Below, one piece after another: positions 59,034-64,000 of a stretch of 64,000 bases of DNA. Positions within the stretch are counted from its first letter, which is position 1; each line of letters starts with the position of its first letter. Below the pieces are notes generated by a model. That model made no database searches and had not been told where the DNA came from. It saw only the letters and a list, made by a program, of their open reading frames with translations. The stretch spans positions 196,912,001 to 196,976,000 of the forward strand of contig OZ024740.1 in the NCBI GenBank assembly GCA_964016885.1, in the 5' to 3' direction. The position numbers were made by a program, and so were the translations under genes. Source of the DNA: Eledone cirrhosa. Taxonomy: Eukaryota.

Positions 59034-59133
59034 CATATATATATACATATATATATATATATACATATATATATGTATATATATATATATATGTATATAT
59101 ATATGTATATATATATATATGTATATATATATG

Positions 59134-59184
<51 letters not shown>

Positions 59185-59185
59185 G

Positions 59186-59218
<33 letters not shown>

Positions 59219-59267
59219 GTATATATATATATGTATATATATATGTATATATATATATATGTATGTG

Positions 59268-59426
<159 letters not shown>

Positions 59427-59477
59427 ATATATATGTATATATGTATATATATATGTATATATGTATATATATATGTA

Positions 59478-59520
<43 letters not shown>

Positions 59521-59563
59521 GTATATATATATATATGTATATATATATGTATATATATATATG

Positions 59564-59610
<47 letters not shown>

Positions 59611-59625
59611 GTATATATATATATG

Positions 59626-59672
<47 letters not shown>

Positions 59673-59938
59673 GTATATATATATATGTATATATATATAT
59701 GTATATATATATATGTATATATATATATATGTATATATGTATATATATATATGTATATATATATATGTATATATATATGTATATATATATATGTATATAT
59801 ATATATGTATATATATATATATGTATATATATATATGTATATATATATATATGTATATGTATATATATATATGTATATATATATATATAATATATATATG
59901 TATATGTATATATGTATATATATATATGTATATATATG

Positions 59939-60063
<125 letters not shown>

Positions 60064-60064
60064 G

Positions 60065-60197
<133 letters not shown>

Positions 60198-60238
60198 GTA
60201 TATATATATGTATATATATATATATGTATATATATATG

Positions 60239-60271
<33 letters not shown>

Positions 60272-60392
60272 GTATATGTATATATATATGTATATATATA
60301 TATATGTATATATATATGTATATATATATATGTATATATATATGTATATATATATATATATGTATATGTATATATATATGTATATATATATG

Positions 60393-60464
<72 letters not shown>

Positions 60465-60599
60465 GTATATATATATGTATATATATATATATATGTATAT
60501 ATATATGTATATATATATATATATGTATATATATGTATATATATATATATGTATATGTATATATATGTATATAGTATATGTATATATAGTATATATATG

Positions 60600-60650
<51 letters not shown>

Positions 60651-60661
60651 GTATATATATG

Positions 60662-60696
<35 letters not shown>

Positions 60697-60701
60697 GTAT
60701 A

Positions 60702-60758
<57 letters not shown>

Positions 60759-60769
60759 GTATATATATG

Positions 60770-60800
<31 letters not shown>

Positions 60801-60865
60801 GTATATATATATGTATATGTATATATATGTATATATATGTATATGTATATATATGTATATATATG

Positions 60866-60920
<55 letters not shown>

Positions 60921-60931
60921 GTATATATATG

Positions 60932-60966
<35 letters not shown>

Positions 60967-60971
60967 GTATA

Positions 60972-61026
<55 letters not shown>

Positions 61027-61203
61027 GTATATATATGTATATATATATATGTATATATATATATGTATATATATGTATATATATATATGTATATATATGT
61101 ATATATATACATGTATATATATGTATATATATATATGTATATATATGTATATATATATATATGTATGTATATATATATATATGTATATATATGTATATAT
61201 ATG

Positions 61204-61250
<47 letters not shown>

Positions 61251-61395
61251 GTATATATATATATATGTATATATATATATGTATATATATATATGTATAT
61301 ATATATATGTATATATATATATATGTATATATATATATGTATATATATATATATGTATATATATGTATATATATGTATATATATGTATATATATG

Positions 61396-61489
<94 letters not shown>

Positions 61490-61501
61490 TGTATATATAT
61501 G

Positions 61502-61579
<78 letters not shown>

Positions 61580-62301
61580 TGTATATATATGTATATATAT
61601 ATATATATGTATATATATATGTATATATATATGTATATATATATATGTATATATATGTATATATATATGTATATATATGTATATATATGTATCTATATAT
61701 ATATATATGTATATATATATGTATATATATGTATATATATGTATCTATATATATATATATGTATATATATATGTATATATATATGTATATATATATGTAT
61801 ATATATATGTATCTATATATATATATATGTATATATATATGTATATATATATGTATCTATATATATATATATGTATATATATATGTATATATATATGTAT
61901 ATATATATGTATATGTATATATATATGTATATATATATATGTATATATATGTATATATATATGTATATGTATATATATATGTATATGTATATATATATGT
62001 ATATGTATATATATATGTATAGGTATATATATATGTATATGTATAGGTATATATATATGTATATGTATATGTATATATATATGTATATGTATATATATAT
62101 GTATATGTATATGTATATATATATGTATATGTATATGTATATATATACATACAGGCACACATATATATATGCACGTATCAGTTTACCGAACATTTATTAT
62201 AATGTTCGCTTTGTTCGTTTGTAAACAAACGAACAGCCTCATTTACGCTGTACAGTGTTCAGGCAACCACGTCACCTTTTTGTTCAACACTGACACAGGA
62301 A

Positions 62302-62342
62302 CGATGTACTAGTTTCAAGCTTGTTAGCTATCGTAAGCACCG
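62302..62342 (-). ncRNA. Hammerhead (family B) with core mutation CTTACGA, probably inactive
   Basis: Same as 62746-62786 except that the conserved G5 is changed to U. Confidence 0.65.
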
Positions 62343-62745
62343 TATACCTTTCCGCCAGATGGTTGAACGTTCGAAAGTATATACTTTCCTTATGAAAATT
62401 AACGGCTGAGCAGCCTAATTTGCATATCGAGTGAGTTCAGTCGGCCAGGCGCACCGAAAACGATAAATGGTATAGAATGAAAGGAAATTTCATTTCTCAC
62501 TCTTAGTACGGCACTTACTTAAATGTAAGTATGTATGTATACGTACATACATACATGTATACAGACGTACAGTAGCATGTATATATATATACATACAAGC
62601 ACACATATATATATGCACGTATCAGTTTACCGAAAATTTATTATAATGTTCGCTTTGTTCGTTTGTAAACAAACGAACAGCCTCATTTACGCTGTACAGT
62701 GTTCAGGCAAGCACGTCACCTTTTTGTTCAACACTGACACAGGAA

Positions 62746-62786
62746 CGATGTACTAGTTTCAAGCTTGTTAGCTATCGTCAGCACCG
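62746..62786 (-). ncRNA. Minimal type I hammerhead ribozyme (family B, intact core)
   Basis: Reverse complement reads CGGTG-CTGACGA-TAGCT aaca AGCTT-GAAA-CTAG-TA^-CATCG. Confidence 0.82.
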
Positions 62787-63115
62787 TATACCTTTCTGCC
62801 AGATGGTTGAACGTTCGAAAGTATATACTTTCCTTATGAAAATTAACGGCTGAGCAGCTAATTTGCATATCGAGTGTGTTCAGTCGGCCAGGCGCACCGA
62901 AAGCATTTTGAAGACCGTAAGCTATTGTTTTTTAAAGTAGTGACAAATTCACTTACTTTGATCTCAGCAAACGGTCTTCAAAATGCTTTTAATTAAGCAT
63001 AAAGTGTATTGCAAAATACATTATATATACATCCATATATATATATGTATATATCTATATATGTATATGTATATATATATATGTATATATATATGTTTAT
63101 GTATATATATATATG

Positions 63116-63147
<32 letters not shown>

Positions 63148-63304
63148 TTGGAATAAATGCTCTGAAATAGCGATATATATGTGAATATAGACATAGAATA
63201 TTCGAAATATTCTGTATGTTTATAATAAACATTTTGAAGACCTAATCGCTATAGAATAGAATACGTCACGTATTACAATTAGATTCTCGATAAAAGCAAG
63301 GGAA

Positions 63305-63347
63305 GTAATCTACGCGTTTCATTCTTGTTAGAAATCTTCAGGACTAC
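63305..63347 (-). ncRNA. Minimal type I hammerhead ribozyme (family C, inverted copy)
   Basis: GTAATCTACGCGTTTCATTCTTGTTAGAAATCTTCAGGACTAC is the reverse complement of 63585-63627. Confidence 0.88.
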
Positions 63348-63584
63348 ATATCCAGTGCTTTTATCGAGAATGACACAGCTAGAGACTTATAGAATATTAT
63401 AAACATACAGAATATTTTCGAATATTCTATGTCTATATTCACATATATATCGCTATTTCAGAGCATTTATTCCAATTTCTAATTTCTGCCGGACCGGCAA
63501 CCGCTCTTTCAAACCAGTTCCTGTACACAGCTAAGTATTCTATAAGTCTCTAGCTGTGTCATTCTCGATAAAAGCACTGGATAT

Positions 63585-63627
63585 GTAGTCCTGAAGATTT
63601 CTAACAAGAATGAAACGCGTAGATTAC
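63585..63627 (+). ncRNA. Minimal type I hammerhead ribozyme (family C)
   Basis: GTAGTC-CTGAAGA-TTTCT aaca AGAAT-GAAA-CGCG-TA^-GATTAC. Stem I is extended by a 16-bp outer helix ATTCTCGATAAAAGCA (63561-63576)/TGCTTTTATCGAGAAT (63634-63649). Confidence 0.88.
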
Positions 63628-63894
63628 TTCCCTTGCTTTTATCGAGAATCTAATTGTAATACGTGACGTATTCTATTCTATAGCGATTAGGTCTTCAAAA
63701 TGTTTATTATAAACATACAGAATATTTTCGAATATTCTATGTCTATATTCACATATATATCGCTATTTCAGAGCATTTATTCCAATTTCTAATTTCTGCC
63801 GGACCGGCAACCGCTCTTTCAAACCAGTTCCTGTACACAGCTAAGTATTCTATAAGTCTCTAGCTGTGTCATTCTCGATAAAAGCACTGGATAT

Positions 63895-63937
63895 GTAGTC
63901 CTGAAGATTTCTAACAAGAATGAAACGCGTAGATTAC
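63895..63937 (+). ncRNA. Minimal type I hammerhead ribozyme (family C, second tandem copy)
   Basis: Same sequence as 63585-63627, offset 310. Confidence 0.88.
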
Positions 63938-64000
63938 TTCCCTTGCTTTTATCGAGAATCTAATTGTAATACGTGACGTATTCTATTCTATAGCGATTAG

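Larger units (their letters stand above)
62145..62903 (-). repeat. Tandem ~444-bp hammerhead-containing unit (about 1.7 copies); diverged inverted copy at 58094-58437
   Basis: CGATGTACTAGTTTCAAG occurs at 62302 and 62746. 58094-58437 is the reverse complement of ~62477-62784. Confidence 0.88.
63148..64000 (+). repeat. 310-bp hammerhead-containing tandem array preceded by an inverted partial copy (family C); runs off window end
   Basis: AAACATACAG at 63401 and 63711, CTGAAGA at 63591 and 63901 (period 310). 63148-63397 is the reverse complement of part of the unit. Confidence 0.93.

Overview
AT-rich animal genomic DNA. The repeat landscape (RTE LINEs with (GAT)n tails, tRNA-head SINEs, very large (TA)n arrays) suggests a cephalopod such as Octopus, but that is inference. 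There are two divergently transcribed host genes. On the minus strand are three phase-compatible coding exons of a cereblon-like CULT-domain protein with a hydrophobic N-terminus (25110-24975, 17892-17743, 2095-2040; it continues past the left edge). On the plus strand is the first coding exon of a ZNF395/ZNF704-family gene (29381-29985). The introns hold a near-intact RTE LINE (APE+RT, with a PHD-type C4HC3 finger inserted in the RT), several decayed RTE copies, SINEs, MITEs and two Penelope-like GIY-YIG remnants. From about 45.3 kb to the end lies a ~17-kb (TA)n/(TACA)n field whose long Ile/Tyr 'ORFs' are artefacts. Its non-repetitive islands include an uninterrupted CR1-type ORF2 and three distinct families of short non-coding elements carrying type I hammerhead ribozymes (10 motifs in total). 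These are arranged as perfect palindromes, tandem arrays and inverted-plus-tandem arrays, like Penelope pLTRs or retrozymes. The hammerhead cluster is the most notable feature of the window.
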